A stretch of DNA of 62,906 bases, the filler included, from Octopus bimaculoides (Eukaryota), in assembly GCF_001194135.2 (NCBI RefSeq). It is 3 parts of 3 records of this genome, joined end to end, with 100 filler letters (N's around TTAATTAATTAA, not from the genome) between each part and the next. Parts side by side here need not be neighbours in the genome. Positions count along the whole stretch, not along the records: positions 20,556 to 41,012 come from NC_068993.1; 2 more parts are not named here. The stretch is one strand, 5' to 3'. Made by a program: the position numbers and the translations under genes. Shown here in pieces: positions 26,701 through 38,062 of this stretch. A model generated the notes under the pieces. It saw only the letters and a list, made by a program, of their open reading frames with translations, did no database searches and was not told where the DNA came from. Numbering within the stretch: the stretch's first letter is position 1; every line of letters begins with the position of its first letter.

Positions 26701-26872
26701 TTATACTTGATAATATGCCGTGTTTAATACCAAAGATAATGGCTGTAGCAACAAATACATCAACGAATGAAACAAAGGAATTTCAGCAGCTCTACAAGAA
26801 AGGGAATGACTTATTTATGCAGGTGATGCTAAGAAAAATTTTAAGAGAAGAATACAACAGGAAATATTGTCC
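26701..26872 (+). CDS. Paralog A exon 4
   Basis: TCTATTTCAG acceptor, CC|GTATGT donor; phase 1-2; ILDNMPCLIPKIMAVATNTSTNETKEFQQLYKKGNDLFMQVMLRKILREEYNRKYC; same 172-bp length as B exon 4. Confidence 0.88.
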
Positions 26873-26923
26873 GTATGTAGAGAAAACTTGTTTCGATTAT
26901 TTAATGATGCTTCAGTGATGATT

Positions 26924-27410
26924 AGGCGGCGAGATGGCGGTATCGTTAGCACGCCGGGTGAAATCTTTAGTGGTATTTCATCTGTTGCAACGTTCTGAGT
27001 TCAAATTCCGCCGAGGTCAATTTTGGGAGGCGCAATGGCCCAGTGGTTAGGGCAGCGGACTCGCGGTCATAGGATCACGGTTTCGATTCCCAGACCGAGC
27101 GTTGTGAGCGATTATTGAGCGAAAACACCTAAAGCTTCACGAGGCTCCGGCAGGGGATGGTGGCGAACCCTGCTGTACTCTTTCACCACAACTTTCTCAC
27201 CTCTTACTTCCTGTTTCTGTTGTGCCTGTAATTCAAAGGGTCAGCCTTGTCACACTGTGTCACGCTGAATATCCTCGAGAACTACGTTAAGGGTACACGT
27301 GTCTGTGGAGTGCTCAGCCACTTGCACGTTAATTTCACAAGCAGGCTGTTCCGTTGATCGGATCAACTGGAACCCTCGACGTCGTAAGCGACGGAGTGCC
27401 AACAACAACA
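26924..27410 (+). mobile_element. Composite SINE insertion: family A 5' part fused to a full family B copy, flanked by an 11-bp duplication
   Basis: CAGTGATGATT at 26913-26923 and 27409-27419; SINE A head 26924-27025 and SINE B 27026-27410; the empty site in paralog B has one copy (GAGTGATGATTG, about 34263). Confidence 0.8.
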
Positions 27411-28109
27411 GTGATGATTGAAAGACGTGGAAAAGTGTTAATCCAATTAGATTCAAACCTCAACGCCCTATAATCGGATCTCACTGAGGTTGATTTCCAT
27501 CTCTCCTGCGCAGTATGATGAATATGTTATATGCTATAATATATGCTATAATATATGCTATAATATGCTATATGTTATAGATATGCTATATGCTATAATA
27601 TATAAACCCTCTTCTACTAAGTATTAACATGTTACTTTTGAAAAGAATTTTTCATATTACAATTGTAATGTTAATATCCACGTTGTGGATACTGATGTAC
27701 GTGTCACTGCGAATGTCCTCTTCATATATGTCTGTGAAAACATGCGGACTACATGTCGATAAACCCACACAGACAGACAGACAGATATGTAGATAGATAG
27801 ATAGATGTTTAATATGCACACAAAAAGAGAAGCGTACATATGTAGTTGAAAAAGTCTCTACATTGAACGTGGAAAAGCGTTCTCTACATTTGTCGAGTGT
27901 TCAGGAGTAGGCTAGATATAAATGTACACGTTTTATCGTAAGGATAGTAGAAGTAATGTTGGTGGATACGTTCAGGTACTAAGGACAATTGTTAAAACTA
28001 GGGTGAAGTACGCAGTGGAATTCCATACGTGTTTCAATAATACTCAGCACCATTTCACAAAGCCCACATAACACAACAATAAATGTCAGGATATCATTAC
28101 GATCACGTA

Positions 28110-28330
28110 ACACCGAACTTGTAAGCCTCTGAACTCGTCAAATTTTAATCGCATTTGGAGTACTATTGAAAGGGAGACTAATCGGTATCTTCAGAATACC
28201 ATAGCTTCACTAAAAGCGGCCATCTTCCAGGTGATATCCAAAATGAATAAGAATCATTTAGTGCAGGCATATCAATGATTCCTGATTCCATTGATGTAAA
28301 AATCGAAGCTGAAGACGGATTCAGAGAAAA
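28110..28330 (+). mobile_element. Old maT transposase 3' remnant in intron 4 of A (shared with B at 35431-35600)
   Basis: Translation ERETNRYLQNTIASLKAAIFQVISKMNKNHLVQA aligns with EREVNEHAYNTKHSMKAAIVKVMSKMNQGHLIRA of the 23-24 kb element. Confidence 0.65.
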
Positions 28331-28727
28331 ATCCTATAAGAAATCTTATCGAAAAAGTGTACACAATTTTCATTAAAATACATTTGGCTTTTGATAGATT
28401 AAAGTTGTTTTATTACTTTCCCAATTATATTTATTAGAAATAAAGTTTGTGAGGGGTATTTGAAAACATATGCTACACTTCTTGTTGAATACCTCATCGA
28501 ATTACCCAATTTTCAAAGTTGGGATATATTTTATGAAATGAAAACCGGAAGTGATATCTGGAGAATAAACTGAAAATTTTATAATTCCATTGTAGATATG
28601 TAATCTTATTTTACCCATTAAATATTCATTGCTCTTTTTCTGGTATCATATTGTACGGAATTATCTATTGTTATTGTGCTTTGTGAAAACTAAAATGAAA
28701 CTTCAAGATGATATTTTATCTTTTCAG

Positions 28728-28938
28728 ACTTTTGGTAGAGGGAATTGAAAAAGTGGCCGATTTTAGGTGCCCAGAAAAGTTTACTAAAATAATCCAAAAC
28801 TACGCCTATGATATAATGTCTGACACATGCAGATCAATCAACAATATTGCTTCATCTGGTATAAAATCACTTCCAAATATTTCTTTCGTTTCCCTTGCTG
28901 TTTCGAATCATACTTTTTTGCGATTAGTTACAAAGTGA
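28728..28938 (+). CDS. Paralog A exon 5 (probably terminal)
   Basis: TATCTTTTCAG acceptor; LLVEGIEKVADFRCPEKFTKIIQNYAYDIMSDTCRSINNIASSGIKSLPNISFVSLAVSNHTFLRLVTK*; an alternative donor at 28859 (GTATAA) cannot be excluded. Confidence 0.8.
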
Positions 28939-28989
28939 AGCTCGGTGACTTATGTATCGATTAACTCCATCACCACAAAGTGCCTAAAT

Positions 28990-29285
28990 CAGAAACCAAA
29001 GGTTATTCCCATGCTGCTCATTGATGAGCATTCTGATAACTAACTAGATTGGCATCAAAACTGTCCCTCATTCTCTATACATTCTAGATCTTGCTGGCTG
29101 GAACTTTTGGTTATTCCCCAAGCTGAACGAAGAGCTTAAGGGCAATCATTTCGAAGGTGAAGAAGGCTGTAACAAGAGTCCTCGACACCCTCACATTGGA
29201 GGAATTCCGTGGAACCTTCATGAAGTTACTGGAGCACTATATGTGCATTGAAGTCAGAGGATCTTATATTGAAGGGGTTTAGTTT
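28990..29285 (+). mobile_element. Mariner transposase C-terminal remnant downstream of A (shared with B at about 36290-36530)
   Basis: ...TTTTGGTTATTCCCCAAGCTGAACGAA... (FWLFPKL), VTRVLDTLTLEEF and CIEVRGSY motifs typical of mariner C-termini. Confidence 0.65.
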
Positions 29286-30125
29286 TCTACTTCTTTGGAA
29301 TTAATAAATGCCTCTCCTGAAAATGTCCGGAAATTTATGGAATGCAATTTGTACCTACCATCATATAGATAAACATATATCTACACTCTTCCAGACAGAT
29401 ATATATTTATATGTGTGTGTAGATTTTGTAGGAAACATACTACACTTGTTTCACTTTATAGCTTTGTATTGCTAGTTATTTGTTGTTAAATGTATTACAT
29501 AATCTGAAGTACATAACAAAGCCATCTCGTCAGGTATTCTGATCAGTTGAATTTTGAGCCATCCTTGTTCTCTTGAGTGGTTGACAAACCGAGAATGTCG
29601 GTATTTATCCTGACTACCTTGTAGGCCGAATTCACAGTACAGTACTAATGAGTTAATTGGCACAATCATTGAGAACCCTACTCCTCATCTCCACGATAAA
29701 GTTGCATGACATATCCGCAGTCTCCAAAACTCCAGATAACAATTAAATATCCTATTTTTAAATTGCTTATTTTCTCCAGTGTATAAATGTGTGGAGGTGG
29801 ATACGTGCTTCTGTGTACAATTCCTGATAACAGATTGTTTTTGCTTTCCAATTCAAAAATATATAACCAAAACTTATTGATCAACTGAAATAGATTCAAT
29901 GTGGTGCACAATAGAATCGAACCTAAACCCCTGTTATTGAAAATATTACCACACAGTTGTAATGCTACAATCTTCTGTAAATGCTAAGATGTTAAAAACA
30001 ATAGAGATAATCGTTGACCACACATGCCCATGCACAAACACACTCAAAATAGACACACATTACATAACTAAACGCATAAATGCAACTAATTTCTTAAATA
30101 ATTATTTACCCATTATACATTTCAG

Positions 30126-30267
30126 TTACTATGTCTCCACAAATACCATCGAGCAATGGTTGTATGGGGGAAGCTATCGATAGATATCGGAAGTGTCTGT
30201 CGGATTTAAATCCGAATCTCAGCTTGCATAAACTCTCGCCAAAAGGACAAATGGAGTTCATGTGCAA
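30126..30267 (+). CDS. Paralog B exon 2
   Basis: CATTTCAG acceptor, AA|GTAATT donor; xTMSPQIPSSNGCMGEAIDRYRKCLSDLNPNLSLHKLSPKGQMEFMC; the 6-nt length difference from A preserves frame. Confidence 0.82.
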
Positions 30268-30552
30268 GTAATTTGACATTTTATTAAATACTAATCTAAT
30301 TGTTTACTGTCTTATAATTTATGAAATCTTGTACCTATGATAGAAGTCAGTCAGATTAAGTTCCACAATAAAATGAGATTGATATGAAGATAGCTATGGT
30401 ATTTATATTATTTATTTAAAGGACACAATACATAATAGCTTCATATGTTCAGAAATAATAGCTTCATATGTTCAGAAATATCTCAAACATTCATCAGACA
30501 CAAACCACATATCATAACGAACGGTACATTATATATATGCGTGTGTGTTTGT

Positions 30553-30611
<59 letters not shown>

Positions 30612-32078
30612 NNNNNNNNNNNNNNNNNNNNNNNNNNNNNNNNNNNNNNNNNNNNNNNNNNNNNNNNNNNNNNNNNNNNNNNNNNNNNNNNNNNNNNNNN
30701 NNNNNNNNNNNNNNNNNNNNNNNNNNNNNNNNNNNNNNNNNNNNNNNNNNNNNNNNNNNNNNNNNNNNNNNNNNNNNNNNNNNNNNNNNNNNNNNNNNNN
30801 NNNNNNNNNNNNNNNNNNNNNNNNNNNNNNNNNNNNNNNNNNNNNNNNNNNNNNNNNNNNNNNNNNNNNNNNNNNNNNNNNNNNNNNNNNNNNNNNNNNN
30901 NNNNNNNNNNNNNNNNNNNNNNNNNNNNNNNNNNNNNNNNNNNNNNNNNNNNNNNNNNNNNNNNNNNNNNNNNNNNNNNNNNNNNNNNNNNNNNNNNNNN
31001 NNNNNNNNNNNNNNNNNNNNNNNNNNNNNNNNNNNNNNNNNNNNNNNNNNNNNNNNNNNNNNNNNNNNNNNNNNNNNNNNNNNNNNNNNNNNNNNNNNNN
31101 NNNNNNNNNNNNNNNNNNNNNNNNNNNNNNNNNNNNNNNNNNNNNNNNNNNNNNNNNNNNNNNNNNNNNNNNNNNNNNNNNNNNNNNNNNNNNNNNNNNN
31201 NNNNNNNNNNNNNNNNNNNNNNNNNNNNNNNNNNNNNNNNNNNNNNNNNNNNNNNNNNNNNNNNNNNNNNNNNNNNNNNNNNNNNNNNNNNNNNNNNNNN
31301 NNNNNNNNNNNNNNNNNNNNNNNNNNNNNNNNNNNNNNNNNNNNNNNNNNNNNNNNNNNNNNNNNNNNNNNNNNNNNNNNNNNNNNNNNNNNNNNNNNNN
31401 NNNNNNNNNNNNNNNNNNNNNNNNNNNNNNNNNNNNNNNNNNNNNNNNNNNNNNNNNNNNNNNNNNNNNNNNNNNNNNNNNNNNNNNNNNNNNNNNNNNN
31501 NNNNNNNNNNNNNNNNNNNNNNNNNNNNNNNNNNNNNNNNNNNNNNNNNNNNNNNNNNNNNNNNNNNNNNNNNNNNNTCACAGTTGTTTCGACACATCTA
31601 GCATCGATTCCTGTTGGGTGGGACACTCAACAACTGGTCCAAGAGCATCCGGTGGTGCAGAAGTATCTCGTCGGGTGATAAATAAATACAACTCGCTAAA
31701 ATGACTGTTCTGCAATGTAACTTTCCCTTTTGTAGAAAGAAAAGCAGCCAAACGGAGGAAATATCTACATTTATATAGAGCAAAAATAAAATCACAGATG
31801 GCACAAAGAGAAACGAACACGCAATCCAGCGAGAAAAGTATTAAAAATAACCGTTAACAAATATGGATGTATAAACGCCCTCGAGCAAGCTGCATGGCGC
31901 GGGTATACTCGCTCATACAAGCATCCGCATAAATGTGAGCATACGCACACGTGAGGTTTGGTGCACTCATGATCACAAAGCGCGTTAGTTATCTACTTAT
32001 CTACATAAGAATGGGGAGGTTAGAAGTAAACTTAAGTCAACCATTCCTTAAAATATATTAAGTTAAATTAGCGGTTAC

Positions 32079-32330
32079 TCAAAATTCACTCTTACTGCAT
32101 TGTGCGAAAGTACATTTATATGCGTGTAGACATCTCGAGAGTTGTTCAAAGATTCTATCAATTATCTTCTCGTTCGTCCACAGAATAGGCAGGGATTCCT
32201 CGGAGTTAAAACGGCATCTTTTGGAAATTATATTGTATGGTTTCGCATACCTTACTATGGGCCAATTAATGCTGTACTTCTTTTTATACTCCTTCAATCG
32301 CCATACAAAATCTGCCAAAGATGTTGAATG
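32079..32330 (-). mobile_element. Penelope-like element remnant (C-terminal end of GIY-YIG endonuclease region)
   Basis: ORF DFVWRLKEYKKKYSINWPIVRYAKPYNIISKRCRFNSEESLPIL...EQLSRCLHAYK resembles the PLE terminal pattern W.LK....Y.I.W.I...A.PY....KRC.LC..EK...LS.CRH..K. Confidence 0.6.
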
Positions 32331-32408
32331 TCTCTTATTTTATCCTTCATTTTATAGAATACACACACACACACACACACACTCACACACACACACACAC
32401 ACACACAC

Positions 32409-32443
32409 ATTTCCGACGAAGAGCTGTGCTCGAAACGTTAACA
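32409..32443 (+). ncRNA. Degenerate minimal hammerhead-ribozyme-like motif (PLE pLTR)
   Basis: CCGACGA-A-GAGC-TGT-GCTC-GAAACGTT; the core has a U4>C change and stem I is weak. Confidence 0.4.
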
Positions 32444-32870
32444 ATACTCTTCTTTCACTGAGTGTCAAATTGATATATTACTTGTAGATGCCCTCACGTT
32501 GGTGTTTTTTTTCTTTCTTAATATATATAAGAATCCATACAAACCAAAGGTTATTGTTAAATAGAAAAAGTGAAAACAGCACGAAAGTGTTGTGTTTTTT
32601 ATTTTTTTTGTTATATATTTGCTACATTAAGTGACTTTTATGTGTATGACCATCTTCTCAATTATTAAATTTTGAAAATCAACGGATATGGGATAAAAGA
32701 AATTGGAAATTTAAAACTGTTCTCATAATTTGGGCATAGTTAACAAAATGGTATATACATGAATATATATATATATACGTTATACGTATGGCTGTATGTA
32801 TTTATTCATGCATGTGTGTATATGTATATGTATGTATACATTTTTCTTCTACATTTATTTCTTTTTCTAG

Positions 32871-33019
32871 GATAGCAAAATCAGAAGACAAATATCAACT
32901 CACTCTTTGCTTCACCCATTTTAAAACTTGTGAACAATTTAGCAGGACCGTAGACATTCTTGGATTTGAAATCTCACGTTGGATGGAGACCTTCGAGAAG
33001 CTGTGTCAATACGAAAACG
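32871..33019 (+). CDS. Paralog B exon 3
   Basis: TTTCTTTTTCTAG acceptor, G|GTAAGA donor; IAKSEDKYQLTLCFTHFKTCEQFSRTVDILGFEISRWMETFEKLCQYEN. Confidence 0.88.
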
Positions 33020-33285
33020 GTAAGATTTAGTTTTCTTCTGGTCATTTTTGGTGAGGTAATATAAACTTGCAGCTTCCCAGTCTCACAGTTGTCGTCCAAA
33101 GCATGACCGTCAATTACTGGTTGTTTTCATTTGTTGTTTTCTTATCTAAACACAATTACAAGGGGGATTTTGTATTTTAATTAAAAATATTATTAAAAAC
33201 TCTGTTAACCGAAGGATTTTTAAACTGCCAATATTACATACAAAACACATTATGTTTACTTTTACGCACACATGCACACACATAC

Positions 33286-33337
<52 letters not shown>

Positions 33338-33774
33338 ACGTATTATGTATGTATGCATGTGTGCATTTATGTAGGTATACATGTATATTTTTCTTAGAGT
33401 TTAATTTAAATTCAAGCTGGCCGCTAACAAAGTGGCATGATTTACTGAGTTAAAAGAGTTCCTGATGCTTGTAAATATATGGTTGAGCTGGTGTGTTGGT
33501 TTAAGCGTCGATGCATACACCCAAGTGTGTGCATCTATTCACTTAAGAATCTCAGATGGAGAATTTTTGAAATGTCTCACAAATCTTCACTGTGTCACTA
33601 ATAGATTGGATTTGGAGAATCTGCGTCAGTTTATTTGTTCCTTTTCCGTGCAGCCGTGTATTTTTTTAGGTTTTTGCGCAAATTTGAAATTTCCTTTGGC
33701 TGTGCGCGGTTATAACAGCAATTCTTCCTAATCTGAACTAGAACAATTTCCATAACACCTACGAAATATTCGAT

Positions 33775-33828
<54 letters not shown>

Positions 33829-33914
33829 NNNNNNNNNNNNNNNNNNNNNNNNNNNNNNNNNNNNNNNNNNNNNNNNNNNNNNNNNNNNNNNNNNNNNNNN
33901 NNNNNNNNNNNNNN

Positions 33915-33969
<55 letters not shown>

Positions 33970-34050
33970 TATATTTATGTACTAACTCAAGATTTAAAGA
34001 AACCCTAAATAAAACGGTAATTTACAGTACTTACCTTCAATTTGTTTCAG

Positions 34051-34222
34051 TTTTGCTTGAGGATATGCCATGTTTCTTACAAAATATAATGAATCTATTT
34101 AACAATAATTCAAAGAATGAATTAAAGGAATTTCAGTTGCTCTTCGAGAAAGGGAGACGCTTATTCATGCAGCAGGAACAAAATGAAATTACAAGAGAAG
34201 AATACTACAGGAAATATTGTCC
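34051..34222 (+). CDS. Paralog B exon 4
   Basis: TTTGTTTCAG acceptor, CC|GTATGT donor; LLEDMPCFLQNIMNLFNNNSKNELKEFQLLFEKGRRLFMQQEQNEITREEYYRKYC. Confidence 0.88.
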
Positions 34223-34768
34223 GTATGTAGAGAAAACTTGTTTTTTATTATTTAATAATACTTGAGTGATGATTGGTAGACACGGTAAAGTTTTAATGCA
34301 ATTATATTCAAGGCTCAACGTCCTTAGTTCCGATCTCACTGGAGTTGACTTCCATCTCTCTCGGTCGGTATAATAAATAACAGCAATATACACCCTTTTC
34401 CACAACGTTTTTGTATGTTATTTATGAAAAGGAATGTACATTATCGATTATAATATAATTATCCACGCAGTGTTACTGAAGTGCGAGTGCTCTTCTTCAG
34501 TAACAAAATCTCTTATACCATCCATTCCCCAATCGGAATTTACCTTCGTATAAATAAAGATTAAATGCATTTTCTGCATTTTATATATAGGAACAGAAGT
34601 TCCGTTGAGAGAATAGACGATTGAAATTATATTTGTTACTGGGGAAATCCAACCACGCTGAAACACGTATCCGATTGTCCGATGAAGTCCCTCAGAGCCC
34701 GACTCGATGCGTTTTTATACACATATAAATTTCCTTATTATATTTCCTTATCATAAGAGTCATAGAAA

Positions 34769-34963
34769 ACGTTGAGGTGCCGAATACGTTGAGGTGCCGA
34801 ATACGTTGAGGTGCCGAATACGTTGAGATGCCGAATACGTTGAGATGCCGAATACGTTGAGGTGCCGAATACGTTGAGGTGCCGAATGCGTTGAGGTGCC
34901 GAATGCGTTGAGGTGCCGAATACGTTGAGGTGCCGAATACGTTGAGATGCCGAATACGTTGAG
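34769..34963. repeat. 17-bp minisatellite (ACGTTGAGGTGCCGAAT)n running into a gap
   Basis: At least 11 units with only G/A variants at two positions. Confidence 0.95.
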
Positions 34964-35982
34964 NNNNNNNNNNNNNNNNNNNNNNNNNNNNNNNNNNNNN
35001 NNNNNNNNNNNNNNNNNNNNNNNNNNNNNNNNNNNNNNNNNNNNNNNNNNNNNNNNNNNNNNNNNNNNNNNNNNNNNNNNNNNNNNNNNNNNNNNNNNNN
35101 NNNNNNNNNNNNNNNNNNNNNNNNNNNNNNNNNNNNNNNNNNNNNNNNNNNNNNNNNNNNNNNNNNNNNNNNNNNNNNNNNNNNNNNNNNNNNNNNNNNN
35201 NNNNNNNNNNNNNNNNNNNNNNNNNNNNNNNNNNNNNNNNNNNNNNNNNNNNNNNNNNNNNNNNNNNNNNNNNNNNNNNNNNNNNNNNNNNNNNNNNNNN
35301 NNNNNNNNNNNNNNNNNNNNNNNNNNNNNNNNNNNNNNNNNNNNNNNNNNNNNNNNNNNNNNNNNNNNNNNNNNNNNNNNNNNNNNNNNNNNNNNNNNNN
35401 NNNNNNNNNNNNNNNNNNNNNNNNNNNNNNAAAGGGAGACTAGTTGATATCATCGCAATACCATAGCTTCAATGAAAGCGGCCATTTTCCAGGTGATATG
35501 CAAAATCAATAAGAACTGTTTAGTGCAGGAATGTCAATGATTCCAGTCCTGCATTGAAGCAATCACCGAAACTGAAGATGGATTCATAGAAAAAATTTAT
35601 TTAAAAATTCATCGAAAACAATGCGCACAATCTTTTTTATTAGAATACGTTTGGTTTTTTTGCTACATTAGATTTGTTTCATTAGTATACCAAATATGTC
35701 TTCAAGTGCCTCTAGCGCCCTGTATTTTCTGATAAATTCCATACTTTTTTTTTTTTTTTTAGTATGTCATACCATTTCCAAAATTTCAAACTTGGATTAT
35801 ATTTAAAGAACAAACAAAAATTTCATAATTCCATTATAAATATGTTCATCCTATTAAATTTACATTGCTCTATCTCTCGTATCAATAAAATATTGTTGTC
35901 GTTGTTTTTAGAGCCATTTCCTGTTCTGAAACATCTTTGGAAACTAAAATGAAACTTCAAAATGTTATTTTTACTTTTTCAG

Positions 35983-36175
35983 ACTTTTGAAAGATGGAAT
36001 TGGAAAACTGACCGACTTTAATTGTCCAGAAAACTTTATCAAAATAATTCAGAACAACAGCTATTATATTATGTCTGACAAATGTAGATCTATCAACAAT
36101 ATTGGTTCATCTGGTAAAAAATCACTTCGAAATATCTCCCTCATTTCCTTGTTGTTTAAGAATTTTTTCTATTAG
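35983..36175 (+). CDS. Paralog B exon 5 (probably terminal)
   Basis: TTACTTTTTCAG acceptor; LLKDGIGKLTDFNCPENFIKIIQNNSYYIMSDKCRSINNIGSSGKKSLRNISLISLLFKNFFY*. Confidence 0.8.
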
Positions 36176-37108
36176 CTAAAAGTTATTAGCAAAAAAAAAA
36201 GTGACATACGCATCAATTAACCCCATCCCCATAAAGTTACTAGCTTCGTGCCTAAATCGGAAACTATGCGCAAAATTTATGCAAAGTTTGTTCTCAAGCT
36301 ACTCTGTGATGAACATCCTGGTAACCAACTACATGACAGAGATGGGCATCAAAATTGTCCCTCGCCCTTCCTACAATTTAGGCTTTGCTTCTTCTAGCTT
36401 TTAGTTATTCCCCAAGCTGAACGAAAACCTTAGAGGTAATTGTTTTGAAAGTGAAGGAAGCTGTGTCAAGGGTCCTGGCTATCTTCACTTTAGAGGAACT
36501 CTATGGGGTGTTCACAAAGTGACTGGAGCATAACGAAACCATTTCGTGAGGCAATTGGAGTAGTTAAAGTTTGAGCCATGTTTGTTCTATTTAATGGTTA
36601 AATGGTTAAGAATGCCGCCAGGATTTCTTCTAAATACCCTGTGAGCCGAATTCACGTTGGATTATATCTGCGTTAATTGACTTAATCGTTGAGAACCCTA
36701 CCACTCATCTCCACGGTAAAGTTGCATGAAATAACCGCAATCTACGAACCCCCAGAAAACCGTTAAATATCTTTAAAATTGCTTGTTCACTCTAATATAT
36801 AAATATGTAGAGGTGTGTATTTGTGTTTACAATCTCTGGCTGTTGATTTTTCTGCTTTTCAAATCAACAATCTATACTTAGAACTTATTGATCAACCCAG
36901 AGATCTAGTAACACACGTTATTGCAAATACTACCTCTCGAACATAATGTTGCAATGTTGAGTAAATGCTAAGATTTTAAAATCAGAGAATTGTTGTCCAC
37001 ACATACTCATGCACAAGAACACTCAAAAAAGACATACATTTTATAACTAGGCGCATAAATACTTATAGCTAATTCTTTAAATAACTGCTTATGCATTTTA
37101 TATTTCAG

Positions 37109-37244
37109 TTAATATTTTCCGGTGGATACCAATGGGTGACGGTTGTATGGAGAAGGATATCGGTGAATTTCAGAAATGTACATCGAAATTAAGTTTTACG
37201 GCGGGTAAACTTAGCCTAAGAAATCAGATCGAATTGATGTGCAA
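37109..37244 (+). CDS. Paralog C exon 2
   Basis: TATATTTCAG acceptor, AA|GTAATT donor; xNIFRWIPMGDGCMEKDIGEFQKCTSKLSFTAGKLSLRNQIELMC; in-frame length change. Confidence 0.83.
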
Positions 37245-37749
37245 GTAATTTGACATTTTATTAAATATAACTTCTTAATCTAATTATTCACTGCCTTATA
37301 ATTTATAAAATCCTGTACCTGTGTTGGAAATCAGTTAGAATATGTTAAACAAAGAATAAGATTGGTATAAGGTTGACTAGAGTATTTAAACATTAGAGAT
37401 TTGTTTACTTCTTTACAGTAAACATGGTAAACTACGTATTTGCTTCAAATTTTTGCGTAAGGCCAGCAATTTCGAGGGTGCTACCAGAATCGTTAGCTTG
37501 CCGGGGAAAATGCATTGCGGCATTCCATCCGTTTTTACGTTCTGAGTTCAAATTCTGCCGAGAACCACTTTAGTTTTCATCCTTTCTATAAATTATGTAA
37601 CAGTTGAGCACTTACGTCGATGTAATGGACATACCCACCTCCCAAGAAATAGCTGGTCTTGTGGTTAGGGCAACACCGCTTGGTACATATATATATATAT
37701 CATATATGCATAAAACTAAGAAGCAAATTATGTGAAACACGGACACAAA

Positions 37750-38030
37750 CTATTTACATACATACATACATGCATACATATATACATGCATACATACATG
37801 CATGCATACATACATACATGCATACATACATACATACATACATACATGCATACATACATGCATGCATACATACATCCATACATACATACATGCATACATA
37901 TATACATGCATACATACATGCATGCACACATACATACATGCATGCATACATACATACATACATACATATATACATGCATACATACATGCATGCATACATA
38001 CATGCATGCATACATACATACATACATACA

Positions 38031-38060
<30 letters not shown>
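37750..38060. repeat. Compound (CATA)n/(CATG)n microsatellite
   Basis: Directly visible. Confidence 0.95.

Positions 38061-38062
<2 letters not shown>

Noticed and set aside
26715-26918. Stand-alone small ORFs 26715-26918, 34053-34265, 28708-28938, 35987-36175, 25284-25619, 32788-33030 and 39486-39728
   Set aside because: They are exons of the spliced paralogs read through into introns; conserved splice sites explain them better.
30468-31704. ORFs of 150-450 aa dominated by X (also at 22.4, 34.7, 38.2, 55.7 and 61.1 kb)
   Set aside because: They only span N gaps.
21911-36175. Assigning the paralogs to a named family (chemotactile receptors, reflectins, Ly6/uPAR, odorant-binding proteins, known venom toxins)
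   Set aside because: There is no Cys-loop or multi-TM region, no reflectin motif, and the Cys spacing does not fit those families as I know them; no gene symbol is given.
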